Assembly: GCA_951406725.2 (NCBI GenBank)
Contig: OX597814.1
Span: forward strand, 20,708,001 to 20,772,000
DNA: 64,000 nt
Direction of reading: 5' to 3'
Origin: Octopus vulgaris
Taxonomy: Eukaryota
Below the pieces are notes generated by a model. That model was not told the DNA's origin and ran no database searches. It saw nothing but the letters and a program-made list of their open reading frames with translations. Made by a program: the position numbers and the translations under genes. This document shows positions 28,066 through 40,500 of this stretch, piece after piece (within the stretch, counting starts at the first letter, position 1; the number at the start of each line of letters is the position of its first letter).

Positions 28066-28843
28066 GTCTCTTTCATTTTTTCAATTATTATAAATTTTCC
28101 ACTGAGGAGGGAGCCAGTTTCCAACAAAGATACAAGGCTTCATCTTTTGGATGTAGTTAACACAGACAAATTCACATTTGGAACTTGAGAAAAGTCTTGC
28201 ATATTTTTATTGTTCCACCCACAGATTGCACTTGTAATGTACGAAGCAGCTGGTCAATTTCTCTTTGTGAAAATCCCAGTTTAACCAGATTCTCCTTTAA
28301 GCATTTACTAACAAAATCTAGTGTGCCAATTATTATTAGTATGAATATGAATTCATAGTCTGGATATAGAAGCTAGAGGTTTCGAAGCAGTTGTCCATAG
28401 ATATCCTCTTTGTCTTTGATTTTCAAAGAGATATTTATATCTGTAGGACAGCTAACCTCTATGACGGTACATACTTTTGCCCCTCCGTCCCAAACAACAA
28501 TATCTAGCCTGTTATGTTTGCATTTGACAAAAGTTTTGATGGGAATATTCCAGCAGTATTCCTTGAGTTAGTGTTTATGAATGTATTCCATAACAGTTTA
28601 TTTCAGGACAATCTTTTTTTCAGATTACTTTGTAAATTGTTTTATCAACAACATCATGCTGTATAGGCAGGTAGTACTGTGACAACATTTTAGGACAACT
28701 GCTAATCACATGCATGATGTCTTCCGCAGAAACATGACATAGCCTACATATGCAGATTACAAGAGCGTCACTGTCTCTCTTGTTTGCCAGGTACTTTGTG
28801 GTAATCTCCTGTTTTTGGATTGCAAACACATAGCCTTCAAAAT
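28066..28843 (-). mobile_element. Second, diverged R4/Dong-like fragment (CCHC, RLE and 3' UTR)
   Basis: FEGYVFAIQKQE..CRLCHVSAEDIMHVISSCPK..QHDVV, then HNRLDIVVWD and IEVSCP. The 3' UTR runs into (ATAC)n. Confidence 0.8.
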
Positions 28844-29019
28844 GTGTGTGTGTATGTATGTATGTATGTATGTATATATGTACGTATGTATGTATGTATG
28901 TATGTATGTATGTATGTATGTATGTATGTATGTATGTATGTATGTATGTGTGTATGTATGTATATTTGTATGTATGTATGTATGTATGTGTGTGTGTATA
29001 TCATCATCATCATCATCAT

Positions 29020-29990
29020 TATCTTCATCTTCATCATCATTTAATGTCTGTTTCCCATACTGGCATGGGTTAGATGGTTTGACTGGAACAAGTAAGTCAG
29101 AGAGCTGCACCAGGTTTCAGTCTGGTTTTGGCTTGGTTTCTACAGCTGGATACCCTTCCTAATGCCAACCACTCTGAGAGTGTAGGGGTGCCTTTTACCT
29201 GTCACTGGCATGGGTGCTCTTGTGTCACTGGCACAGGTGCTTTTACATGTGACTGGCATGGATGCTGTTTTGTGTCACCAGCATAGATGTTATTACATGT
29301 CACTGGCACTGGTTACATCTATGATTTCACTTGGTTTGACAAGTCTTCTCAAGCACAGCAAATAGCTAAAAGCCATTAACACTAGTCATTGCCTCCATGA
29401 GACCCCACATTCAAAGATCATGCCTCACCACCTTGTCCTATGCCTTTCTGAGTCTACCTCTTCCACAGCTTCTCTCTACAGTTAGAGATCAGCACTTCTT
29501 TACACAGCTGTTCTCATCCATATGCATCACATGACCATACCAGTGCAATTGTCTCTTGCACACCACATCTGTTGCCTTTTATGCCCAATTTTTCCCTCAA
29601 GATGCTTACACTCTGTCATACAGGCATACTGATGTTGCATATCCACAGGAGCATATATATATCATCATCATCATCATCATCATTGTTTAACGTCCGTTTT
29701 CCGTGCTAGCATGGGTTGGACGGTTCGACCGGGGTCTGGGAAGCCAGGGGCTGCACCAGGCTCCAGTCTGATCTGGCAGTGTTTCTACAGCTGGATACCC
29801 TTCCTAACGCCAACCACTCCGCGGGTGTAGTGGGTGCTTTTTACGTGCCACCGGCACAGGTGCCAGGGGAGTCTGGCATCGGCCACGATCAGTTGGTGCT
29901 TTTAACGTGCCACCAGCACGGAAGCCGGTCAAGGCGGTGCTGGCATCAGCCACGTTCAGATGGTGCTTTTTATGTGCCACCGGCACAGAA
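29020..29990 (-). mobile_element. Two RTE 3' ends in reverse orientation
   Basis: (CAT)n tails at 29020 and 29660, reverse-complement UTR and RTE C-terminal sequence at 29400-29650. Confidence 0.75.
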
Positions 29991-30446
29991 ATATATATAT
30001 ATATATATAATCTCTATTCACTTAATAGCAGAAAAGAAAATGGAGAGTTAAAAGTTAATGATTATTTATTAGTAAAATGATGCTTCATACTTCTTGCAGC
30101 TGTTTCACTTGTGCTTATTAAATAAATTACAAATTTATGGCTTAAATTTACATTTATAAGGTATAAACACAATATCATCAGAGAAAAAGATATGCAATAA
30201 AAGATTACATGTTGACCTCTTAGTTCATATTGGCAGACTGAGCATATGGAGTTATTTTATTTTTATTTATGTGTGTACATGAGGGATGATGGATTAATTT
30301 GAATATAACAAAAAATAAAGTAAAATAAGTAATAAGGTAGAATAAAATAAAGTAATATAAAAAGTAAATACACACACACACACACACATATATATACATA
30401 CACACTCAGACACATACATACATACATACATACATACATACATACA

Positions 30447-30479
<33 letters not shown>

Positions 30480-30540
30480 GAAACACCTGTTTCTGGGATA
30501 TCCTTGAGTATGAGATATTCTGTCATTAGAGACAACTATA

Positions 30541-30621
<81 letters not shown>

Positions 30622-30623
30622 GG

Positions 30624-30674
30624 AGCTTCTACAGGACTAGTACTGTTTCATTCAAGAGAAATCTTCAGGAAGCT
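30624..30674 (-). ncRNA. Type I hammerhead ribozyme (mirror copy)
   Basis: Exact reverse complement of 32375-32425. Confidence 0.75.
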
Positions 30675-31092
30675 ATTTAACAAGAATTGTATTAGCATTT
30701 ATACATTTAGGCAGGTTTAAAGGAGTGGTGGTGGGGGACTTTTTTTGGGGGTAGGCATAGTGCAAAATATCATACTTGGGGGAGTGGTCAAGGAGTCAGT
30801 GGTAAGTTAGATGAAAGAATAGATAAATAAAAAAATAAAATAAAAAAATAAAAAAATAAAAAAATAAAAAAATAAAAAAATAAAAAAATAAAAAGATAAA
30901 AAAATAAATAAAAAAATAAAAAAATAAAAAAATAAAATAAAAAAATATAAAAAAATAAAAAATATATATAAAAAATATATATATAAAAAATATATATATA
31001 AAAAAAGGGGGATAGAGTTATAGGTAAATAAGGAGATTCTCACTTATACCTATACACATATGTATACGTATCTACACACATATATATACACA

Positions 31093-31124
<32 letters not shown>

Positions 31125-31148
31125 CACATACATATATACACACATACA

Positions 31149-31180
<32 letters not shown>

Positions 31181-31848
31181 CATATACAAATTTATACACA
31201 TGCACATGCATATACCTGTCTACACATACACACACGTATATATGCATACACTCACTCCCATGCATGCACGCATACACACATGTATATATATACCCACGAC
31301 CACACATACATATATACACAGAAAAATATATATTCATACGCACATACACTCATGCACACACAACACACCTAGTTCCCTATATACACATATTTACACCTAT
31401 ATATACATACACCCACATACACATATGTACATATATATATATATATATATATACATATACACGCATACTTATTATACATGTGTGCACACATGTATAATAA
31501 GTATGCGTGTATATGTATATATATATATATATATATATGTACATATGTGTATGTGGGTGTATGTATATATAGGTGTAAATATGTGTATATAGGGAACTAG
31601 GTGTGTTGTGTGTGCATGAGTGTATGTGCGTATGAATATATATTTTTCTGTGTATATATGTATGTGTGGTCGTGGGTATATATATACATGTGTGTATGCG
31701 TGCATGCATGGGAGTGAGTGTATGCATATATACGTGTGTGTATGTGTAGACAGGTATATGCATGTGCATGTGTATAAATTTGTATATGTGGGCGGGTGTA
31801 TGTATGTGTGTATGTAGATATGTATGTATGTGTGTATATATGTATGTG

Positions 31849-31880
<32 letters not shown>

Positions 31881-32374
31881 TATGTGTATATATATGTGTG
31901 TAGATACGTATACATATGTGTATAGGTATAAGTGAGAATCTCCTTATTTACCTATAACTCTATCCCCCCCTTTTTTTATATATATATTTTTTATATATAT
32001 ATTTTTTATATTTTTTATTTTTTTTTATTTTTTTATTTTATTTATTTATTTTTTTATTTTTTTATCTTTTTTTATTTATTTTTTTATCTTTTTATTTTTT
32101 TATTTTTTTATTTTTTATTTTTTTATTTATTTTTTTATCTTTTTATTTTTTATTTTTTTATTTTTTTATTTTTTTATTTTTTTATTTTTTTATTTTTTTA
32201 TTTTATTTTTTTATTTTTTTATTTATCTATTCTTTCATCTAACTTACCACTGACTCCTTGACCACTCCCCCAAGTATGATATTTTGCGCTATGCCTACCC
32301 CCCAAAAAAGTCCCCCACCACCACTCCTTTAAACCTGCCTAAATGTATAAATGCTAATACAATTCTTGTTAAAT

Positions 32375-32425
32375 AGCTTCCTGAAGATTTCTCTTGAATG
32401 AAACAGTACTAGTCCTGTAGAAGCT
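32375..32425 (+). ncRNA. Type I hammerhead ribozyme
   Basis: AGCTTC-CTGAAGA-tTTCtcttGAAt-GAAA-CAG tactagtc CTG-TA^GAAGCT. Stem I 6 bp, intact CUGANGA/GAAA core, GUA cleavage triplet (cut after 32419). The first pair of stem II is U-U. Confidence 0.75.
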
Positions 32426-32508
32426 CCTTCTATATAATAAATTAATTTTACTCTGCTATGTATTGAGTACCTTACTTACTGTGGTTAACCTCGAATCAAC
32501 CCGGGACC

Positions 32509-32544
<36 letters not shown>

Positions 32545-32631
32545 GAAAGGGAGAGAAAAGAGATTTACAAGAAATCAAAAAGAAAACAGCTTTTCTTTTA
32601 AATATACTACTGAGTGTGTCATTGTATCCAG

Positions 32632-32723
<92 letters not shown>

Positions 32724-33904
32724 CCATCATCATCATGATCATAATTTTATGTTTGCTTCCCAGATTGACATGGGTTGGACTAGCTGAGTCACTCATATGT
32801 GTTGTTTTAGTTTGGTTTCTGCCACTAGAAGCCTTTCCTGTTGTTGACTACTGTACAAAGTGTAGAGGGTGCATTCATCCATGGCACTGGTACTAAGGGA
32901 TTGATAAATCCTTGGCAGAACACAACTAAAGAAACCTCTTAACCTTGCATGCCATCTGCTTGGTTGCTATTCACTTAATAGTGTATACTACGTACATTTT
33001 ACTTGGCACCAGCATTAGAGAGGACGCCAAGTCCTCACTGAGACAGGATTTAAGAAAACTGATGACTCTAACTTTCCTTTGTTTTCTCACCAGTCATTCC
33101 AGGAGGTGTGCAGAATGATGGAGGGGCTTTCACTGTGACACCATCCTGGAAAGAGATACCTGGTGCACTGTAAATGTAAAGTACTCAGAACCCAAACATA
33201 GGCATTCATTCAGGTCATGTGAGAGAGGAGAGGAATAAGAGAGGGGTGACATTATAGAGGTAGAATGAGTGGGTAAAAGGAGTAAAACTATGATGGTAGA
33301 AGCAGAATTATTGGGGTGAAGATGGGAAGATAGTAATGGGGCAATAGCAGAGATGGATAACAGCAAAGAAAGGTAATGGATTACAATAACAGGTGCTCCA
33401 AGAAAAAAAGTGGTTGATGGATCAGAGGAAAAATAGAGATATGGCTGGCAGTACAGACATGGTGAAGTTAGTGTGTATTGGATACTAATAGTCTAATACA
33501 GTCTCTTATACATAGGCTCATGGGAGAATGAGATAGAGTAATGAGGTTGGCAGGATATGAGTGAGAGAGAGATGAGTGAAGTGGAGAAAGATGAAATATG
33601 TACATATGTATGTGGTACTCCAGCATGGCTGCAGTCAAATGACTGAAACAAATAAAAGAATAAATAAATTTGAAAAAAAAAAAATATATATATATATGGC
33701 CCCGTGCCGGTGGCACATAAAAGCACCCACTACACTCTCGGAGTGGTTGGCGTTAGGAAGGGCATCCAGCTGTAGAAACTCTGCCAGATCAAGATTGAAG
33801 CCTAGTGCAGCCATCTGGTTCGCCAGCCCTCAGTCAAATCCTCTAACCCATGCTAGCATGGAAAGCGGACATTCAACGATGATGATGATGATGATGATAT
33901 ATAT

Positions 33905-34180
33905 ACATACATTGATGAATTTGTGCTGCAAGATTCCTGATGTGAAACCGTGTGTTGAAACAGATATTCTTGTATTCTGAGAATGGATTAAAGCAGAGCA
34001 AGAGCACACATGAAGACGGAAAGTGTCACTGAGGAGGTCACAGATGTGTGATGAAAGATTTCCAGACAATGGACATGAGTTGGAATAAGAACAGTAATAA
34101 ACGAGTGAAGAATGAATATATAGCGCATGTGTTTATTTGGAAAAAGAAAAAAAAACAACCATCCTGAAATATAACAATAA
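33905..34180. mobile_element. Non-autonomous TIR element
   Basis: Left TIR GCAAGATTCCTGATGTGAAACCGTGTGTTGAAACAGATATT, with a partial inverse at about 34155-34180; homologous to 16130-16385. Confidence 0.6.
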
Positions 34181-34819
34181 TATATATATATGTTCATATT
34201 CATACACATACACACGCATGCACACACATGCATACATATATATATATATATACATACATACACACACACATATATATTACACATGTATATATATGTTCAT
34301 CCTCACACACACACACACACAGAATGAGAGCAAGAGAAATTCAATCAAGCTTTTAAGCAGAGGGCAAAGGCTGGTAGTATTCTAGTTAAGAAGACTGTAC
34401 TATAAAAACCGATGTTTTTCTATCTAATTCCGTTTAGTGTTGTTATAATAAAATATATTTGAATAGCTTCTTGTTTTAGACACATGGTCAGCCAGCTATA
34501 AAGTGTGTCCAGTGTAACGTTTGAAGTCAGGATATTTAAATGTTAGAATGTTTGTATCTGAATATGTAAATTATATTAGTCACAGGAAGAGTGTTTAGCA
34601 GGTTGCAGGCTGATGGTTTCTTGTAGATAAGCAATTTTTTTTTCAATTTTTGTAGCATATGGGAGTTTATGACTAGACGTAATGCATGCTGGGTTTTTGC
34701 TTTTGAGTTCCTTTTAGTAAAGCGTTCTGTTATTCTGATATCAAAATATGAAAATTCTTCATAAACTAACTTCGGACTGGAGCCTAGCTATGATATAAAT
34801 AATAATAAATATGTGCATG

Positions 34820-34892
34820 TTGTCATCACCACTATCACCCCGACTACCACTACCACCATCACCATCACCATCACCATAATCATCATCATCAA

Positions 34893-34961
<69 letters not shown>

Positions 34962-35230
34962 TATCATCACCACCACCACCACCACCACCACCACCACCAC
35001 CACCACCACCACCACCACCACCACCACCACCACCACCACCACCACCACCACCACCACCACCATCATCATCATTGTCAACATTTTCATTGCAACCACCACC
35101 ACTGCCACCACCACCACCGCCGCCCCCACCACCACCACTACTACAATCATGGTTGTCGTCGTTGTCATCATCATCAATATCATCACTATTTTCATTGTCA
35201 TTGCAATCACCACGACCACCATCATCATTT
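34820..35230. repeat. Compound (ATC)n/(ACC)n microsatellite
   Basis: Directly visible. A similar tract lies at 35705-35835. Confidence 0.95.
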
Positions 35231-35511
35231 GTAGTTCTTCCCCCATGCTCGCAAGGAACAAATGGGTCTTTTTTATGAGAGACATCCTCCTGAAATCAGC
35301 CATCACCACTTCTTTTCATGTCACTTTTATTCAAAAGTTCCTCTGGATTGCCTGGTACTTCCTTAGCCAGATGTCAGTCTCCATACACAGCTTTTCTTTC
35401 ATGCACTTACTAGTTTACGCTTCAGTTCATTTGTGTTTCAGGCTCACTAACACTACACATTCAGAGGAGCATGCCCACTTCATTTCCTTCTAGCCTCTCT
35501 GTGTGTGTGCA

Positions 35512-35561
<50 letters not shown>

Positions 35562-35728
35562 CATTTGTGCATGTGCGTATAAGTGTAGTTACAGGATCAG
35601 TGTAAGCATTCATGAAAAGCAGAGAAATGACCAAGCCTAATCTCACTACTACAGTTGATAACCATACTTTATTTCTGTATCAAGTACTTTTTGTTCTTTT
35701 TCTTTATCATCATCATCATCATCATCCT

Positions 35729-35760
<32 letters not shown>

Positions 35761-35774
35761 TCATCACCACCACA

Positions 35775-35808
<34 letters not shown>

Positions 35809-37096
35809 TCACCACCACCACCATTACCATCATCTATCATCCATTTTCCATGCTGGCATGAATTTGAATCTTATACACATTCACACGCGTGCGCACACAC
35901 ACACACTACACAAACACTCACACACACAAATACATGCACATACACACACACACACATGTACACACACTCACTAACTCACTCACATGCACATGCATACACA
36001 CACACACACATATATATTTGAGATTTTAGTTATAGAAGGCGGAGGCGGTGGAGCCTTTGCAAGCTCCCACTAACTGCCACTGTCAACATAGCTGTTTATT
36101 CAGGAGAGCAGAAATTAAAATTGTAATAGAAAGGCAGAGTAAATATATACTGCATCAGTGATGCTTGAGTTTGTTAGTATGTATAACAACTTTGCCAATC
36201 ACTCAGATGGCCTTATTTTTTTTAGGCAGTTTTAAATATTTATGTATAATGCAGCTGTTCCATCTCAAAGATGTAAGTTTGTCTTGGGCCTCCAGCTGTT
36301 CAGAACTGAAGCACTTTCTGTTTCTTAAAAGAAGGAACAGCTTAGCTGATGTAATTTTGTTTATATTAGAGACAAGTGGTAGTTGAGACAGATTGTGATC
36401 ACTAACATTTATAAGGTTTGTGAAAGTTTTAGTCGAAGGTTGTATGTTGGTGGAGAGGATTAGTGTGTTGTGTATTCCTTATTATAAATGTAAAATCCAT
36501 AATCTAAGGTGACCTATATGCATGGCAGGGTTTTTCAGTTAATAGATGACATTGCAGCACCTGTTTCCTTTCCAAGTATGATTGTTGGATCTTTGTGGTT
36601 TTTGTTACTGCTTACAGTTTGTTCCAGTTATCTTCAAATTTGCAATATGGATTAGGTTTTGCATACTAATTATGAGAATGAAATTCATTTTTCCTATAAA
36701 TCTATAATTAAAAAGTTATTAGCCTTTAAAATTTGAAAAATTTGGGTATTTTAGCCAATCAGAAGCAAGTATTTTTACATATCACCAAAGCAAAGAAGCA
36801 CCATGTGTTGCATAGCTGATTGTGAAGAACTGTTTCTATAGTAGCCAAAGATACTGTGCATGCACACAAGGAGGAGAAGGGGATACAAGAAAGATAATTT
36901 ATTTTATAAACTCCTAGTTTAATGTTTTGACATGTCGATGCCCCCCGCTTCCCCGATGATAGAAGAGGTAGTAAACCTTCTGATTGGCTGAAAATTCTGA
37001 AAAAGATCAAACTTTGAACACCTGTAATATTTTTGCAAAATTTTTCTAGAATAAATGTATAACAAATTCAGATTCAGCATAAAAAATTACATATGC

Positions 37097-37270
37097 AGGC
37101 GCAGGAGTGGCTGTGTGGTAAGTAGCTTGCTAACCAACCACATGTTTCCGGGTTCAGTCCCACTGCGTGGCATCTTGGGCAAGTGTCTTCTGCTATAGCC
37201 CCAGGCTGACCAATGCCTTGTGAGTGGATTTGGTAGACGGAAACTGAAAGAAGCCTGTCATATATATGTG

Positions 37271-37311
<41 letters not shown>

Positions 37312-37520
37312 GTTTGTGTGTCTGTGTTTGTCCCCCTAGCATTGCTTGACAACCGATGCTGGTGTGTTTACGTCCCCGTCACTCAGTGGTTCAGCAAAAG
37401 AGACCAATAGAATAAGTACTGGGCTTACAAAGAATAAGTCCCGGGGTCGATTTGCTTGACTAAATGCGGTGCTCCAGCATGGTCGCAGTCAAATGACTGA
37501 AACAAGTAAAAGAGTAAAGA
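37097..37520 (+). mobile_element. Near-complete tRNA-derived SINE with internal (TA)n
   Basis: GGCGCAGGAGTGGCTGTGTGGTAAG head through the GACTGAAACAAGTAAAAGAGTAAAGAGTA tail. Confidence 0.85.
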
Positions 37521-40500
37521 GTATATGTATGATACATTAGAACATTTTTTAAAGATAACTGTAAGCAGTGATGAAAACCACAAGGATCCTGGTTGTCTAT
37601 TGGCTTCATTGTCAGAGGCTCTTCCACTTATAATAGATTCTATTGATTTTTAACCCTATTGGGTATCCACACACCCATCTCACTCATTAAACAGGGTTGG
37701 TGGATGAGCAGTCTAGTTGTTAACAAGCTGGCTTTGACACAAGTTGCATTTGGTTACATGCAGAGTGAATCTAACTTAACCTTATATATGCTGTAGCTAT
37801 GTTTTGATAACGTTGCCAGAGATTAGATTGTCATATATAGGACATCTTCAAACTTTTGTTCATAGAAGTAGCATATTTTTCTGGCATGTTTGTTTAGCTT
37901 GGATATACATACACCTGTGTGCAGAATTTTATCAAGAAGCAAAGAGTTGTAAGAACTGACTAGAAGTTGATTTGGATAATATTACTAGTGAGTTGGTTGC
38001 TGGTGCAGAGAAAGAAAAGCATGAGAGGACAATACCAAACTGGTGAAGCACATTATAGTAAACAGAATCTGAGTCAAGGAGTACCACATCAGCAAATATT
38101 TTAATGGATCAATTTGATAGAAAACTTCCAATCCAAGTGGTGAAACAAGAATGGAACATGAGGTCTCATGCCAGGTATACATATGTAATTGTATATATTG
38201 AAGAATTAATAAGAGAATGTGTAATCATATTTACATGTATCCTCCTTTCTCTCCTTTGTCTCCTCCACACCACCATCATCAGCAGCATTTTACATTTGTT
38301 TTCCATGATGGCAAGAATCAGACAGTTCAACAAGATCTAACAGGTTGGATATAATGCACTAATTCTCAACAACAACAACAACAAATATCCCCAAAATAAC
38401 TTTAGCCTACAATACCAAACACATTCCAAGGGGAAACCTCCCAGGAATGCTTTCACTACTTACTACAGAGAAAAAACAAACAAACATAAATGTTAACATT
38501 ATCATAGAGTCACCTCTTATCTCAGCTACAACTGATCTTCCGGGATCTCATCAAGTGACAAAGCCAAGACAAGAAATTCAGCTAAAAAGGTTTGTAACAG
38601 AATAATAAGAAACCAGCTATCCCAAAGGATATTCAAAGGGTTGGAAGATGTTTTTCAAAGTTACAACATACTCACTGCTCAACCCAAATCTTAACAACAG
38701 CAACAACTCAAAGAAAAATCACAAACAGACCAGAACCATAACTGCAAAAACTGACAAAATTAGTTACAAGATCAATAGCAGCAGCAAGGTACTTAAGTGC
38801 TTATGCAAGAAGCTCAATAAAAATTCTTTGCTTTGGAAAGCCCTTTCCAAACTTTTTCCTTAAATAATGAGGAGACTGGATCAACTAGTATTCTTGAGGA
38901 CCATGGTAAATGAAAGACACGGTTGTAATCAGAGCAGGGTGTATAAATATACATAGCTTGAGGTCAGCTAGGAAGCTAAGTCACTTACTCAATGACCTCA
39001 GGTCACTAGACACAGATGTGGTAGTCATCAGTATTTGGAGTGTATGCACTTGTGCCCAGTTTGAATAATTATGTAGTATTCTGTTGAGTTGCTGCAGTGG
39101 GAAGGAAGAAATCCTTAAATCTTGCCCTGTGGACAATCTTTGTGTATCTGGTTGGTAAGTCAGTAATCCTGGATTAGAATAACAGTAAAGGTGCCTTCAC
39201 ATTAGAGTCAGTCTAAGCTCCAACAAAGTACAACTACTTAATTAAGCCTTCCCTCCCTATGGAATATAGGAAATCGATGAATTATCTCTGCTCTTCTTGA
39301 CTCTGGGTGGTCTTTTCTGCTCCTTTCATTTGGATCCCAGCTTTTTCAGATCTGCCTCAGAATTCCATCTCCAGCTATTTTATTTTGTAGGGCATCCTCT
39401 CTTCTACTTTACTTGAGGGTTCCAGGTTAAGGCTTGATATATTGTTATGATGATAGACATTAACATCTCTGTGTGACTCATTGAACTCTTATAAAGAGTA
39501 ACATTATTGTTTGAGATAACCAAGGGTGTTTTGGAGTCGCGTGTGGCAGTACTATGTCATGTGAAGACATTACTTACCTCTGCTCCATTAAATCATATAT
39601 CTAAATGCAAGGATAAAAATTATGTAATGTATGTTGTTGGTTTTCTTAGGATGCTGCATTATGTTATATGTTTTCCTAAGGGAAGGCCTTCCTCTCCCAG
39701 GTCTTGTTGGTTTTGAATTGTTATTGATGTTTCTGTAACATTGCTTTTTCCAGGTAGGGGTGTTGGCCCTATGCAAAACCCATTTTTACCTTTGGGAAGA
39801 GGTGATCCATATTAGTCTGGCCACTATCCCTTTCACTTATTCAGCATGGGAGGCCCTACTAGAAGCTTGTGCTTCACTGGCATAGTTTTCAGTGTCATTG
39901 GGACACACAATGACTGGACTATCTAGTGGCCTGACAGGATATAGATCGACCAAATTCTTGAAATGTCTAAAAGTTATCCTGCCAATGTCTCATTCTCTTG
40001 TAACAGCGAAGAACTGGAACCGGAAAGCACACAGTCTGTGTGCATATTGAATATCCCATTCTCTATTTCTTACACATGTTTCACACAGTCAGCTTTTCAC
40101 AAAACAGTTTTAAACCATTTGTTGACCAAAAACCAACAAAAATAAACTAGTAAAGAAAACCTTAGTCTGAAATAATGATGAAATATAGTGTTATAATGGC
40201 AATTAAATTTCTTTCAGCATTTTTGTAATAGGGGCTAATGAATCTAGGCAGCAATAAGGTTGGTGGTGAGGGTTCAATACTAAATGCATACATGCATTCA
40301 GAATTATCTTTCATATAAATTTTATGCCTATATTCACACTGATTAAACATGTATTCTCTGTTAAGTCCTAAATCATACCATATCTAAGTTAAAGCTTAAT
40401 TGGCTTCAGATATACATTATGAAATAGGTGTGATTGCATGACCTGTTTGATTACAAAGCAATATGCTTGAAAGGCAGGGATATTTTCTCTTGGAAAATGT

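Larger units (their letters stand above)
30613..32510. mobile_element. Giant spacerless palindrome: candidate inverted Penelope-like/retrozyme element
   Basis: Centre TGTG|CACA at 31484/31485. Inner ~300-bp arms are perfect (ORFs 31200+ and 31769- translate identically). Arms extend about 870 and 950 bp. (TA)n flanks both sides and there is a hammerhead motif in each arm. Confidence 0.75.

Noticed and set aside
28757-32896. YIHT/MYVC/FFYF-rich ORFs, including the identical 130-aa pair
   Set aside because: Microsatellite translations. The identical pair simply reflects the palindrome.
34788-35974. Long poly-I/T/M/V/H ORFs
   Set aside because: Translations of trinucleotide microsatellites.
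37097-37170. tRNA gene
   Set aside because: tRNA-like SINE head that continues into a SINE body; no clean cloverleaf or terminator.
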